DNA of 62,315 nt, the filler included, from Chiloscyllium plagiosum (Eukaryota): NCBI RefSeq assembly GCF_004010195.1. It is 4 parts of one record of this genome, joined end to end, with 100 filler letters (N's around TTAATTAATTAA, not from the genome) between each part and the next. Parts side by side here need not be neighbours in the genome. Positions count along the whole stretch, not along the records: positions 25,258 to 38,938 come from NC_057710.1; positions 39,039 to 55,942 come from NC_057710.1; 2 more parts are not named here. One strand, 5' to 3'. The position numbers and the translations under genes are program-made. The notes under the pieces were generated by a model. The model was not told the origin of the DNA and did not search any database. It saw nothing but the letters and a program-made list of their open reading frames with translations. Below are positions 37,150-50,212 of the stretch, in pieces; position 1 is the stretch's first letter; each line of letters starts with the position of its first letter.

Positions 37150-37490
37150 TTATGAGAAGCATAGATAGTTTTGAGTTTTTTTCCCAGGACAGAAATATCA
37201 ATTAGTAGGGGCATAGGTTTAAAGTAAAACGATTTAAGTTTAAAGGAGGTGTGAGGGGCATGTTTTTTTTGCACAGAGAGTGATAAGTACCTGGAATACA
37301 CTGCCAAAGAAAGTAGTGGAGGCAGATTCAATTGCGACGTTTAAGAGGCATCTTGACAGAAATATGAATAGGCAGGGAGGAGAGTGATACGGGAGTGCCT
37401 AGATGCAAAAGGTTTTGCATTTAGAAAGCCATTATGTACTGGTGCAGGCTTGGTGGACCAAAGTGCCTGTTCCTGTGCTGTACTGTTTTT
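37150..37490 (+). mobile_element. CR1 3' end
   Basis: ORF2 C-terminus and UTR motifs. Confidence 0.8.
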
Positions 37491-37494
37491 GGTT

Positions 37495-37958
37495 CCACTT
37501 TCCTACCTTATCCCCATAACCCTACATTCCCTCAGTGATTAAAGATCTACCTCGGCCTTGAATATCCTTAACAACACAGCTTTGATAGCCCTCTGAGGGA
37601 AAGAATTCCACAGATTCACTCCCCTCAACTGTTCAAATGCGTGACCCCTTATTCAGAGATTACGTTCTCTCACATTAGACTTACCCACAACACGAAATAA
37701 CTTTTCCACACCAATGCTGTCACATCTCCTAACAATCTCAATTTCAATCTAAGTTTCAGTTCGGTTGTCGCTCATTCTTCTGAATTCCAATAAGTACAAG
37801 CACAAACTATTCAACTTCTCCACATAAGACAATCCTACCATACCTGTTGTCAGCCTAGTGAACCTTCTCTGGATTGCTTCCAATGCCAGTACACATTTCC
37901 CTCGGTAATTACCCCACAACTGTTCATAGTATTCCAGCTGTGGTCTGACTAGTGTTTT
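37495..37958 (-). mobile_element. Older CR1 3' fragment
   Basis: YKTLVRPQLEY..ALEAIQRRFTRL. Confidence 0.85.
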
Positions 37959-39272
37959 ATAGACAATAGACAATAGGTGCAGGAATAGGCCATTCTGCCC
38001 TTCGAGCCTGCACCAACATTCAATATGATCATGGCTGATTATCCTTACTCAGTATCCTGTTCCTGCCTTATCCCCATAACCCATGATTCCACTATCCTTG
38101 AGAGCTCTATCCAACTCTTTCTTAAATGAATCCAAAGACTGGGCCTCCACTGCCCTCTGGGAGCATTCCACACAGCTACCAGTCTCTGGGTGAAGAAGTT
38201 TCTCCTCATCTCTGTCCTAAATGGTGTACCCCATATTTTTAAGCTGTGTCCTCTGGTTTGGCACTCACCCATCAGCAGAAACATGTTTCCTGCCTCCAGA
38301 GGGTCCAATCCTTTAGTAATCTTATATGTCTCAATCAGATCCCCTCTCAGTCTTCTAAACTCAAGGGTATACAAGCCCAGTCGCTTCAGTCTTTCAACAT
38401 AAGATAGTCCCGCCATTCCAGGCATTGACCTCGTGAACCTACATTGCACTTCCTCAATAGCCAGAATGTCTTTCCTCAAATTTGGAGACCAGAACTGCAC
38501 ACAGTACTCCAGATGCGGTCTCACCAGGGCCCTGTACAGCTGCAGAAGAACCTCTTTGCTTCTATACTCAATCCCTCTTGCTATGAAGGCCAGCATGCTA
38601 TTACCCTTCTTCACTACCTGCTGTAACTGCATGCTTACCTTCATTGACTGGTGTACAAGAACACCCAGATCTCTTTGTACTACCCCTTTATGTAAATTGA
38701 TTCCATTTAGATAGTAATCTGCCTTCCTGTTCTTGCCACCAAAGTGGATAACCATACATTTATCCACATTAAACTGCATCTGCCATGCATCTGACCACTC
38801 ACCTAACCTGTCCAGGTCACCCTGTAATCTCCGAACATCCTCCTCACATTTCACACTGCCACCCAGCTTAGTATCATCAGCAAATTTGCTAATGTTACTA
38901 TTAATACCATCTTCTATATCATTAATATATATCGTAAANNNNNNNNNNNNNNNNNNNNNNNNNNNNNNNNNNNNNNNNNNNNTTAATTAATTAANNNNNN
39001 NNNNNNNNNNNNNNNNNNNNNNNNNNNNNNNNNNNNNNGGGACAGGCTCCGTGCCAGAGGCCTGAGCCCCGTTACTTACCCCTGGTAAGTCATCCCCCCC
39101 ACAAGTATCCAAAACGGTATACTTGTTCTTGAGGGGAACGGCCGCAGGGGGTCCCTTGCACTGGCGCTTCCTCCCAGTCCCCCTCACTGTCACCCATCTA
39201 TCTGCCATCTTTGGAGTTACTACTTCCCTATAACTCTGATCTATGAACCCCTCTGCCTCCCGAATGATCCGA
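37959..39272 (-). mobile_element. Young CR1 LINE spanning a gap (3' end and RT 37959-38938; ORF1 part 39039-39272)
   Basis: Uninterrupted 269-aa ORF2 C-terminus, (ATTGTCT)n tail, ORF1 motif VPLKNKYTVLDT. Confidence 0.92.
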
Positions 39273-39734
39273 CTTATGAATGAACCTGTCAGATATTAAA
39301 GTTGATCTTTCTCTGAACCTCCTTTGTGGCTGTAACATAATGCAGGATTTAATGTTCTATTACTCTAACGTACTTAAAGTCAGGTATGATTTGTCTAGTT
39401 TGCATGCAAAAAATACTTTTGACGGTATCTTGGTACATGTGACAATAATAAATGAAGTCAAATTAAGGAAAAGATAAAAATGTGTTTTGTTGTGGCTGAG
39501 GTGGCTTATTGAGCCATTGCTGTATCAACCCATTACCAGTAGCTCACCACCATTTTCTTGAGGGCAGTTATCCAGTCTCCAGATTACTCCTGGTGCCTCG
39601 TGTGAGCGAGTTTAGAAATGGGAAAATAGGGCTGATTAATGTGTGGCTCGAGTTGGTGCAAGAGAGAGGGTTTTAGATTCCTGGATCATTGGGACCATTT
39701 TTGGGGAAGGTGGGGCATATACAACCAGGATGGT

Positions 39735-39862
39735 GAAAGTGAGGACTGCAGATGCTGGAGATTAGAATCAAGATTAAAATGGTGCTGGAAAAGCACAGCA
39801 GGTCAAGCAGCATCCGAGGAGCAGGAAAAGCGACGTTTCGGGCAGGAGCCCTTCATCAGGGA
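39735..39862 (-). mobile_element. Penelope-like terminal insertion with 18-bp TSD and intact hammerhead core
   Basis: TSD atatacaaccaggatggt/atatagaaccaggctggt; CUGAUGA-A-GGGC-UCCU-GCCC-GAAAC-GUC at 39830-39860 (-). Confidence 0.85.
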
Positions 39863-42138
39863 ATATAGAACCAGGCTGGTCTGCACCTGAACTACATTGG
39901 GACCTATATCCTTGCAGGTAGGTTTTCTAGTACTGTTGGATGCAGTTTAAACTAGCAGGGAAGGGGACACAATATTTGGTAAAACAGAGACACATCATGC
40001 TACAGCAAAAGGAAGCAAGTCATTTTAGCTATGTTGAGTGTCAAGAGTAAGGCAAGATTGGATAGTCTTTAATGCTATGAGTGTAATAGGTAAAACTGAT
40101 AAGTTAATGATGTGCATTGAGACATGGAAGTATGATATTGTTGCCATCACAGAAATATGATTGAGGGAAGGGCTGGACTGATGATTCTCCATTCCAGGTA
40201 TAGAATCTTTTTAAGCGAGACAAAGGGAGGGTGTGAAAAAGGTGGTGTAGTAGCACTTTAAGGAATCAGTTACTGCAATAAGCAGAGATGATATCTAAAT
40301 GAGGCTTTGTGGAAAGAACTTACTGGGAGTTAGTGGGAAATAGAGGAACTCACAAAGGTGTATAAGAGTAATAATCAGGTAATTATATTAGGAGTTTCAA
40401 CTTTCCCAACATAAATTGGGACAGTCATAATGTTAAGGGATTAGAAGGAGCGGATTTCTTGAAAATGTCCAGAGGAATTTTTTCATATCGATACGCAGAA
40501 GGGCCAACAAGGGTCAGCACAGTGCTGGATCTGGTTCTGGGGAAAGAGGCTAGCTAGGTGTTCAATAGCCACCACAACATAGTACAGTCCAAATATTTTC
40601 TGGACAAGGAAAACGATGGCCTGCAAAAGATGGCTTTGGACTGTGCAAAGGCAGATTTTATTAAACTAAAGCAGGATCTGGCCATGGTAGACTGGGAACA
40701 ATTTACAGCAGAGCATTGGGCGGCATTCAAAAAGGAGCTGGAGAGAGTCCAGATCCAACATGAAGCTTTTAGAGGGAAGTGCAGAAGCAATATGTTCAGA
40801 GAACTCTGGATGTCTAAACATTTCAGGACTGGATAAGGAAGAAGAGTAGGGCGTTTTGCAAATCCAAAGGGAGCAATTCAGTTGTGGTCAGAGAGGAATA
40901 CAATGCAGGGGAGCTCGAGAAAGCAATTAGAGCAAAAAGGGGTGTAACAAAAAAAATCTGCAAATGGGATTAGGGAGAATTCCAAGACATTTTATAAATA
41001 CATTAAAGGGTAAGAGTAGGGCTAATTAAGGAGCAAGTGGGTAAAACTGCAGGATATTGGAATTGTGTTAAATGAATATTCCTCTTTGGTATTTACTCTG
41101 AAATAGAGAATGTAGGTATGAAATTCAGGAAAAGGGACTGAGGAGTTTGCACAGCTTGACATTGGAAATGTGGAGGTATCGGAGGCTCTGTAACACTTAA
41201 AAACAGACAAATTGCCTGGCCCAGATGAATTGCCTCCCTGGCTGCTGTGGGAGGTGAGATAGAAAATTACTGGGTCTCCTACACAAATTTTTAATTCCAC
41301 TCCAGCCATGGGAGAAGTGCCAGAGAATTGGAGGATGGCTAATATGATTCCATTTTTTAAGAAAAATGGTGGAGATTAATCTGGAAATTGCAGACTGCTG
41401 AGTCTCCCGTCAATAATAGAGTATTAGAGAAAATTCTGAAGGAGCGAATGATTGCCCACTTGGGAAGGCATGGGTTAATTAGGGATAGTTGGGTATGGCT
41501 TTGTCAGAGGGAGGTCATGCCTAACAAATTTGTTCGAATTTCCTGAAAATGTGATCAAGTGTCTGGATGAGCAAAGTTCAGTTGATGTGGTTTATGTGGA
41601 TTTTAGTAAAGCTTTTGACAAGGTCCCAGTGGGAAATAGATTGAGACGGTTAAAGAACATGGAGTTGAGGGAAGCCTGGTGAGAAAGATCAGAATTTGGT
41701 TTAGTCAAAGAAAGGGTAGTGGTAGAAGGCTGTTTCAGTGACTGGAAGACCAGTGTTCATCTAGGCCAGGGGATCAGTACTGGGGTCCTTTTTGTTTGCG
41801 ATATACAGAAGTGATATAAATGAAAATGTAGGGGGAATGTGAAGCAAATTTGCAGATGATACCGAGATTGTAGAGTGGTTAATAGTGAAGAAGATATTTG
41901 TAGGTTACAAGACTATATAGATGGGTTACTCAGATGGGTAGACCAGTGGTAAATGATATTTAACCCTGATAAGTGTGAGGTGATGCATGTTGAAAGAAGA
42001 AACAAGATGAGTATTCAATGAATGGCAGGACACTGGGTAACTTACAGGAACACTGGGATCTTGGAGTAACCATTCACAAGTCCTTGAAGGCAGCAGAGCA
42101 TGTGAATAGGATATTTAAGGAGGTATATGGGATACTTG

Positions 42139-42296
42139 TTTTTTTTTTCTCCCTTTGCCCCCACACTACTGCCTAACTCTGGTAGTGCTTATATTTTCCA
42201 CATGTGTGTGTGCAGGTGTGAGACACAGTGAAAGGCAACGGGTGTACAAATCTTTATTCAATTTCCACCACCAGGAAGAAAGGAAACACCCTAGTG
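42139..42296 (-). mobile_element. Poly(A)-tailed retroposed 3' end (L1/Tx1-like) with 10-bp TSD
   Basis: Poly(T) at the left end, AATAAA on the minus strand, TSD gggatacttg at 42129-42138 and 42297-42306. Confidence 0.7.
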
Positions 42297-43904
42297 GGGA
42301 TACTTGCTTTTTTCAGTTGTGACTTGGCGTATGAGAGCAAGATGGTTATGTTGGAGTATTGTGAGCAGTTATGGTCGCCTCATTACAGCAAGGATGTAAT
42401 AGCACTGGACAGGGTACACAGGAGGTTCACAGCATATTGCCTGGGATGGAGAAATTGAGCTATAAGGAGAGACTAGATATGCTTAGATTGTTTTCTTTAG
42501 AGCAGAGAAGACGGGGGTGGGGGGGGCATGATTGGGGAGTATGGACAGGGTGAATAGAGAGCAGCTTTCCACAAGGTTTAGGGAGAAAATACAACAGGGC
42601 ATTATATTAGGGTAAGGGGCAGGAAATTCAGAAAGGGTTTGGGAAAAACATTTTCACTCAGTGGGCGATAGGATTCGGGAATGCACTGCTTGGGACGATA
42701 GTGGAGGCTGGAAATCGTAACTTTTTAAAAATGTCACAACGTTTTGCCAGAGTGGCGAGGAGTGAAGCAAGGGCTGTTGGAAAGGGTAAGTTTTCCCGCA
42801 TAAAAAGGGACTTACCTTGGGAGTTGGGCCTCCATTTTGCCAGAGCGGCAAGGAGAGAAGGAGGAGTGAAGCGAGGGCTGCCGGGAAGGTAAGGGCTTAA
42901 TTTATATTTGGCCAGTGGCTAAACCAGAGATACTACACGTGCAGTATCTTCCTCCTGCCCCCCCCCCCCTCACCGGAAGAAAAAGACCCTGTAAGGTAAG
43001 GCTTTTATTTCTTATCTTTCTTTCTTCATTTATTTAAGTGCATTGTCTGGTTTCAGTTAGTTCATATAAAGCTAAGCTTACAATGGCAGGGGACCTCTGG
43101 CCCGTGGCATGTGACTCTTGCTTGGTGTGGGAGCTTAGGAACGTGTCTGATGTTCCTGACTCTTAGACTTGCAAGAAGTGAGTCCAGCTGCAGCTGTTGT
43201 TTGACTGCATGATGGCTCTGGAGCTGTGGATGGACTCGCTGTGGAACATCTGCGATGCTGAGGAGGTCATGGCTAGCACGTTTAGTGAACTGGTCACACC
43301 GCAGGTTAGGATTGCTGAGGGAGACAGTGAATGGGTGACCAAAAGACTGAAAAAGAGTAGCAAGGCAGTGCAGGTGTCCCCTGCGGTCATCTCCCTCCAA
43401 AACAGGTATACCATTTTGGACACTGTTGGGGGAGATTGCTTACCAGGGGAGGGCAGCAGTTGTCAAGATCATGGCACCATGGTGGGCACTGCTACTCAAG
43501 GGCGGGAAAAAGACTCGGAGGGCCATAGTCATAGGGGATTCTATTGTGAGGGGAGTAGATAGACGGTTCTGTGGCTGAAAACTGGACTCCCAGATGGTAT
43601 GTTTCCTCCCAAGTGCTCGGATCAGGGATGTCACCGATCGGCTGCAGAGCATTCTAAAAGGGGAGGGTGAACAGCCAGTTGTCTTGGTATATATAGGCAC
43701 CAACGATATAAGCAGAAAGCAAGATGAGGTCCTGAAAGAATTCAGGGAGCTAGGAGAGAAGTTAAAGGGGAGGACCTCAAAGGTAATGATCTCGGGATTA
43801 CTACCAGTGCCACGTGCTAGCCAGTGTAGAAATGAAAAAATAGGCAGGATGAACACGTGGCTTGAGAGATGGTGTAGGAGGGAGGGGTTCAGATTTATTG
43901 GACT

Positions 43905-44207
43905 TTTTTTTAGATTACTTACAGTAGTGGAAACAGGTTCTTCGGCCCAACAAGTCCACACTGCCCCGCCGAAGTGCAACCCACCCATACCCCTACATTT
44001 ACCCCTTACCTAACACTACAGACAATTTAGCATGGCCAATTCACCTGACCTGCACATCTTTGGACTGTGGGAGGAAACCGGAGCACCCGGAGGAAACCCA
44101 CGCAGACACGGGAAGAATGTGCAAACTCCACACAGTCAGTCGCCTGAGGCGGGAATTGAACCCGGGTCTCTGGTGCTGTGAGGCAGCAGTGTGCCACCGT
44201 GTCGCCC
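43905..44207 (-). mobile_element. Young HE1 SINE inserted in CR1 ORF1
   Basis: Close reverse-complement match to 62201-62315. Confidence 0.93.
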
Positions 44208-45428
44208 ACATTGGGGCCGGTTCTGGGGAAGGTGGGACTATTACAAAAGGGACAGTCTACATGTGAACCAGACTGGAACCAATGTCCTTGGGGGAGTTTT
44301 TGCTACTGCTGTTGGGGAGGTTTTAAACTAATGTGGCAGGGGACTGGAAACCAGAAGAGAAAACAAGTAGGCAATTAGGTGGAGATTCTAAGAATTATGA
44401 AGATAGTATTAATAAATGGAAGAATAGGCAGTGTGCTAGGGGAGACACTATGGCAGTCTTGGGTAGTGAGGCATTATGGGTGGAGCTGAGAAATAAGAAG
44501 GGTGCAGTTACATTGTTGGGGCTGTATTACAGGCCTCCCAACAGTGAGCGTGAGGTAGAAGAACAAATAGGTAAACAGATTATGAATAGATGTAAAGGCA
44601 ACAGGGTAGTGGTGATGGGAGACTTTAATTTTCCCAACATTGACCGAGATACACTTAGTGTCAGAGGTCTGGATGGAGTAGAATTTGTACGAAGCTTCCA
44701 GGAGAGTTTTCTACAGCAGTATGTCAATAGTCCGACGAGGGAAGGGGCCACATTGGACCTGGTACTGGGGAACGAGCCAGGACAAGTGGTAGAAGTTGCG
44801 GTGGGGAATTTCTTTGGGAACAGTGACCACCGTTCTGTAAGTTTTAGAATACTTGTAGATAAAGAAAAGAGTGGACTAAGGGAAGAGTACTAAACTGAGT
44901 CAAGGCCAATTATATCAAAATTAGGCAGGAGCTGGGAAATGTGGATTGGACACAGCTATTTGAAGGGAAGTCCACATTTGAGATGTGCGAGGCTTTCAAA
45001 GATAGGTTAACGGTTGTGTGTGTCCTGTGGAAGGGCAAGATTGATGAACCGTGGATGGCAGGAGAAATTGTACGACTAGCCAAGAGGAAAAGGGAAGCGC
45101 ACATAAGGTCTAGGCAACTAAGAACAGGATGGGCCCTGGAGGAATATCTGAAGAGTAGGACAAGTCTTAAACAAGAAATCAAGCAGGCTAAAAGGAGTCA
45201 TGAAACCGCTTTAGCAAGCAGAATTAAGGAAAATCTTAAAGCATTTTATTCTTATATAAGAAGCAAGTGGGTAACTCGAGAAAGGATTGGTCCACTAAAA
45301 GATAATGAAGGAATGCTGTGTGCCGAACCAGAGAGAATGGTTGAGATTCTGAATGATTACTTTGCATCAGTGTTCACTGAGGAGAGGAACATGATGAATG
45401 TTGAGATTAGAGATAGAAGTTTGATTAG

Positions 45429-45565
45429 GTAAAAACAATGACTGCAGATGCTGGAAACCAGATTCTGGATCAGTGGTGCTGGAAGAGCACAGCAATTCAG
45501 GCAGCATCGGATTCCTCGGATGCTGCCTGAATTTCTGTGCTCTTCCAGCACCACTGATCCAGAAA
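45429..45565 (-). mobile_element. Penelope-like fold-back pLTR insertion with perfect 16-bp TSD inside CR1 ORF2
   Basis: TSD atagaagtttgattag at 45413-45428 and 45566-45581; the sister CR1 at about 5785 shows the empty site. Confidence 0.92.
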
Positions 45566-48159
45566 ATAGAAGTTTGATTAGTCTGGATTACGTTGGCATA
45601 AGTAGAGAAGATTTGTTGGATATGCTCGAGGTTATTAAGGTGGACAAATCCCCAGGACCAAAGGGGATCTATCCCTGGTTGCTGCGGGAGGCGAGAGAGG
45701 AAATAGTTGGGGCCCTGACAGATATCTTTGTGGCATCCTTAAATACAGGTAAGGTGCTGGAGGACTGGAAAGTTGCTCATATACAAGAGCAACCCTGTAC
45801 AAGAAGGGTAGTAGGGATATTCTGGGTAACTACAGACCAGTGAGCGTGACGCTGGTGGTGGGGAAGTTGCTGGAGAGGGTACTGAGAGATAGGGTCTATT
45901 TATATTTAGAAAAGAATGAGCTTATCAGTGATAGGCAACATGATTTTGTGTGGGGGAGATCGTGCCTTAGCAACTTAATAGATTTCTTCGAAGAAGTGAC
46001 CAAATTGTTAGATGAAGGAAGGGCTATTGATATCATATACATGGACTTTAGTAAGGCGTTTGATAAGGTTCCCCATTGTAGACTAATGGAGAAAGTGAAG
46101 TTGCATGGTGTGCAGGGTGTTCTAGCTAGGTGGATAAGAACTGGTTTAGCAACAGAAGACAGAGAGTAGTAGTTGAAGGGAGTTTCTCGAAATGGAGAAA
46201 GGTGACCAGTGGTGTCAGTATTGGGGCCACTATTGTTTGTGATATACCTAAATGATCTGGAAGAGGGCACTGTTGGTATGATCAGCAAGTTTGCAGATGA
46301 CACAAAGATTGGTGGAGTAGCAGAAAGCATAAGAGAATACAGGAGGATCTAGATAGACTGTAGAGTTGGGCGGAAAAGTGGCAGATGGTTTTCAATCCAG
46401 ACAAATGTGAGGTGATACATTTAGGCAAGTCTAATTATAGACAGAATTATATAATGAATGAACGAGCCTTGGGAAAAGTTGATGGGCAGAGAGATCTGGG
46501 AGTGCAGGTCCATGGTACCTTGAAGGTTGCTACACAGGTGGATAGAGTGGTCAAGAAGGCATATAATATGCTTGGCCTTCGTTGGACAGGGTATTGAGTA
46601 TAAGAGCTGGCAAGTCATGTTAAAATTGTACAAAACATCGGTTTGGCTACATTTAGAATACTGTGTACAGTTCTGGTCGCCACATTACCAAAAGGATGTG
46701 GACGTTTTGGAGAGGGTGCAGAGAAGGTTTACGAGGAGGTTGCCTGGTATGGAAGGTGCTAGCTATGAAGAAAGGTTGAGTAGGTTAGGTTTATTTTCAC
46801 TAGAAAAAAGGAGATTGAGGGGGGGAACCTGATTGAGGTTTACAAAATCATGAAGGGTATAGACAGGGTGGATAGAGATAAGCTTTTTCCCAGGGTGAAG
46901 GATTCAATAACGAGAGGTTATGCTTTCAAGGTGAGAGGTGCAAAGTTTAAGGGTGATACATGCGGCAAGTACTTCATAAGAGGGTGGTGGGTGTTTGGAA
47001 CGTGTTGCCAGCAGAGGTGGTAGAGGCAGGCACGGTAGATTCATTTAAGATGTGTCTGGACAGATGCATGAGTAGGTGGGAAGCAGAGGGATACAAATGC
47101 TTAGGAATTGACCTACAGGTTTCAACAGTATATTTGGATTGGCTCAGGCTTGGAGGGCCAAAGGGCCTGTTCCTGGGCTTTAAATTTCCTTGTTGTTTGT
47201 TCTCTTTTTATTCAAGGATATGGGACAAGTGCACTATTAGTGATAGTTATGTCGGTGCAGACTCGATGGACCGAAGGGTCTTTTCTGCGCTGTATGAATC
47301 TATGGAAGTTATAATAGGCCCGTGCCATGTCAGCCTCCTCCAACCTAACCCTATCAGCACAACCTATTTCTTTCTCCTTTTTATGTACTTTGTTAGCTTC
47401 TGCTTAAATCGAACTGTGTGTTTACCATGACTACATCTGGTAGCAAGTTCTACATTTGCACTATCCCCTAGGTAAATAAGTTTTTCTTGAACTCCCCATT
47501 GGATTTAAATAATCAGTCAAATGATTGATAATCCAATGATGTATTTTACTGAGCTATCTTTCGTGGTGGAAACACAAATGGTTCCAGAAACTCTATAAAT
47601 AGAACGTACTAGCTCTTTAACAAATGTGTGTGTTTCAGTTCTCTTTGTAAGCTTCCTTGTTTCTTTTAAAAGTCAGACTTACTTTGGTTCCACATTAGTT
47701 TCAGATCTTTTAGATTTTAATATTATTTTCTGGTTTTACTTCTCTATTTTAATGCTCAGCTGATCTTTTTCTCATATGTTAGTTTCAGACTCATGCAGAA
47801 ATCTGTCATTCTGCTTGAGTTTCCAAAAGAGGCAACTGATTGAGCTCCATATATTGAGTTTGTTTGCATGAAAATATTTTTTTCTTTAAATAGTTTGATA
47901 TATACACTTGAAGTTGAAAGGTAAATCACACTGGCATTTGACTGGATTCACATGTGGAAATAGATTCCCTTTTTCATTTATTGCATGAGAAGCTGTCAAC
48001 GTTCGAATAAAAAGGGGAAATTAAATTTGTACTTGTGGATAGTTCAAAAACATGCAAAATTGCAATGTAAGTGGTGGTGGGAGGAGGGATTTCACAATGT
48101 AAAATAACCTACACTTATTCTACGAGCTAAAATGGGTAATTAACTTTTAGTCTTTTGGG

Positions 48160-50212
48160 GCCAGCGACCATAATTCTATTAGATTTAAAATAATGATGGG
48201 AAAGGATAGACTAGTTTTAAAAGTTTGAGATCCTAAATTAGAGAAAGGCCAATTTTGACGGTATTAGGCAAGAACATTCAAAAGCTGATTGGGGGCAGAT
48301 GCTCGCAGGTAAAGGAATGGCTGAAAAATGGAAAGCCTTCAGAAATGAGATAACGAGAATCCAGAGAAAGTATATTCCTGTCAGGGTGAAAGGAAAGGCT
48401 GGTAGGTGTAGGGAATGCTGGATGACTAAAGAAATTGAGGGTTTGGTTAAGAAAAAGAAGGAAGCATATGTCAGATATAGACTGGATAGATTGAGTGAAT
48501 CCTTAAGAGTATAAAGGCAGTATGAGTATACTTAAGAGGGAAATCAGGAGGGCAAAAAGGGGACATGAGATAGCTTTGGCAAATAGAATTAAGAAGAATC
48601 CAAAGGGTTTTTGCAAATACATGAAGGACAAAAGGGAGAAAATAGGGCCTCTCAAAGATCAGGAAGGTGCCCTTTGTGTGGAGCCGCAGAAAATGGGGGA
48701 CATACAAAACAGTATTTTGCATCCGTATTTACTGTGGAAAAGGACATGGAAGATATAGAATGTAGGAAAATAGATGGTGCCACCTTGCAAAATGTCCATA
48801 TACAGAGGAGGAAGTGCTGAATGTCTTGAAACTCATAAAGGTGGATAAATCCCCAGGACCTGATCAGGTGTAACCTAGAACTCTGTGGAAAACTAGAGAA
48901 GTGATTGCTGGGTCTCTTGCTGAGGTATATGTATCATCAATAATCACGGATGAGGTGCTGGAAGACTGGATTTGGCAAACATGGTGCCACTGTTTAAGAA
49001 GGGTGGTAAGGACAAGCCAGGGAACTATAGACCAGTGAGCCTGACTTCGGTGGTGGGCAAGTTGTTGGAGGGAATTCTGAGGGACAGGATGTACATGTAT
49101 TTGGAAAGGCAAGGACTGATTAGGGATAGTCAACATGTCCTGGTGGGTGGGAAATCATGTCTCACAAACTTGATTGAGTTTTTTGAAAAAGTAACAAAGA
49201 GAATTGATGAGGGCAGAGTGGTAGATGTGATCTATTTGGACTTCAGTAAGGTTCCCCATGGGAGACTGATTAGCAAGATTAGATCTCATGGAATACAGGG
49301 AGAACTAGCCATTTGGATACAGAACTGGCTCAAAGGTAGAAGACAGAGGGTGGTGGTGGAGGGTTGTTTTTCAAACTAGAGGCCTGTGACCAGTGGAGTG
49401 CCACAAGGATCGGTGCTGGGTCCTCTACTTTTTGTCATTTACATAAATGATTTGGATGCGAGCATAAGAGGTACAGTTAGTAAGTTTGCAGATGACACCA
49501 AAATTGGATGAACAAAGAGACCTTGGAGTGCAGGTTCATAGCTCCTTGAAAGTGGAGTCGCAGGTAGATAGGATAGTGAAGGCGGTGTTTGGTATACTTT
49601 CCTTTATTGGTCAGAGTATGGAGTACAGGAGTTGGGAGGTCATGTTGCGGCTGTACAGGACATTGGTTAGGCGGCTGTTGGAATACTGCGTGCAATTCTG
49701 GTCTCCTTCCTATCAGAAAGATGTTGTGAAACCTGAAAGGGTTCAGAAAAGATTTCCAAGGATGTTGTCAGGGTTGGAGGATTTGAGTTATCGGGAGAGG
49801 CTGAACAGGCTGGGGCTGTTTTCCCTTGGAAGCTGAGGGGTGACCTTATAGAGGTTTACAAAATTGAGGGGCATAGATAGGATAAATAGACAAATTCTTT
49901 TCCCTAGGGTCGGGGAGCCCAAAACGAGAGGGCATAAGTTTGAGGTGAGAGGGGAAAGATATAAAAGAGACCTAAGGGGAAAATTTTTCACATCGGGTGG
50001 TACGTGTATGGAATGAGCTGCCAGAGGAAGTGGTGGAGGCTGGAACAATTGCAACATTTAAAAGGCATTTGGATGGGTATATGAATATGAAGTGTTTGGA
50101 GGGATATGGGCGGGGTGCCAGCAGGTGGGGCAAGATTGGGTTGGGATATCTGGCCAGCATGGATGGGTTGGACTGAAGGGTCTGTTTCCATGCTGTACAT
50201 CTCTCTGACTCC
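48160..50212 (+). mobile_element. 5'-truncated CR1 ORF2 and 3' UTR with internal RT deletion
   Basis: NYRPVSLTSVVGK and [12 protein letters not shown] is joined directly to EQRDLGV at about 49508. Confidence 0.93.

Larger units (their letters stand above)
39570..42730 (+). mobile_element. Old, heavily decayed CR1 (end of ORF1, ORF2)
   Basis: [31 protein letters not shown] and KFADDT remnants. Confidence 0.85.
42730..47190 (+). mobile_element. Full-length CR1 LINE (5' UTR, ORF1 zinc finger/leucine zipper and esterase from ATG 43083, ORF2, 3' UTR), defective; same subfamily as 3457-7370
   Basis: [47 protein letters not shown]; long near-identical stretches shared with 3716-7370. Confidence 0.95.
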
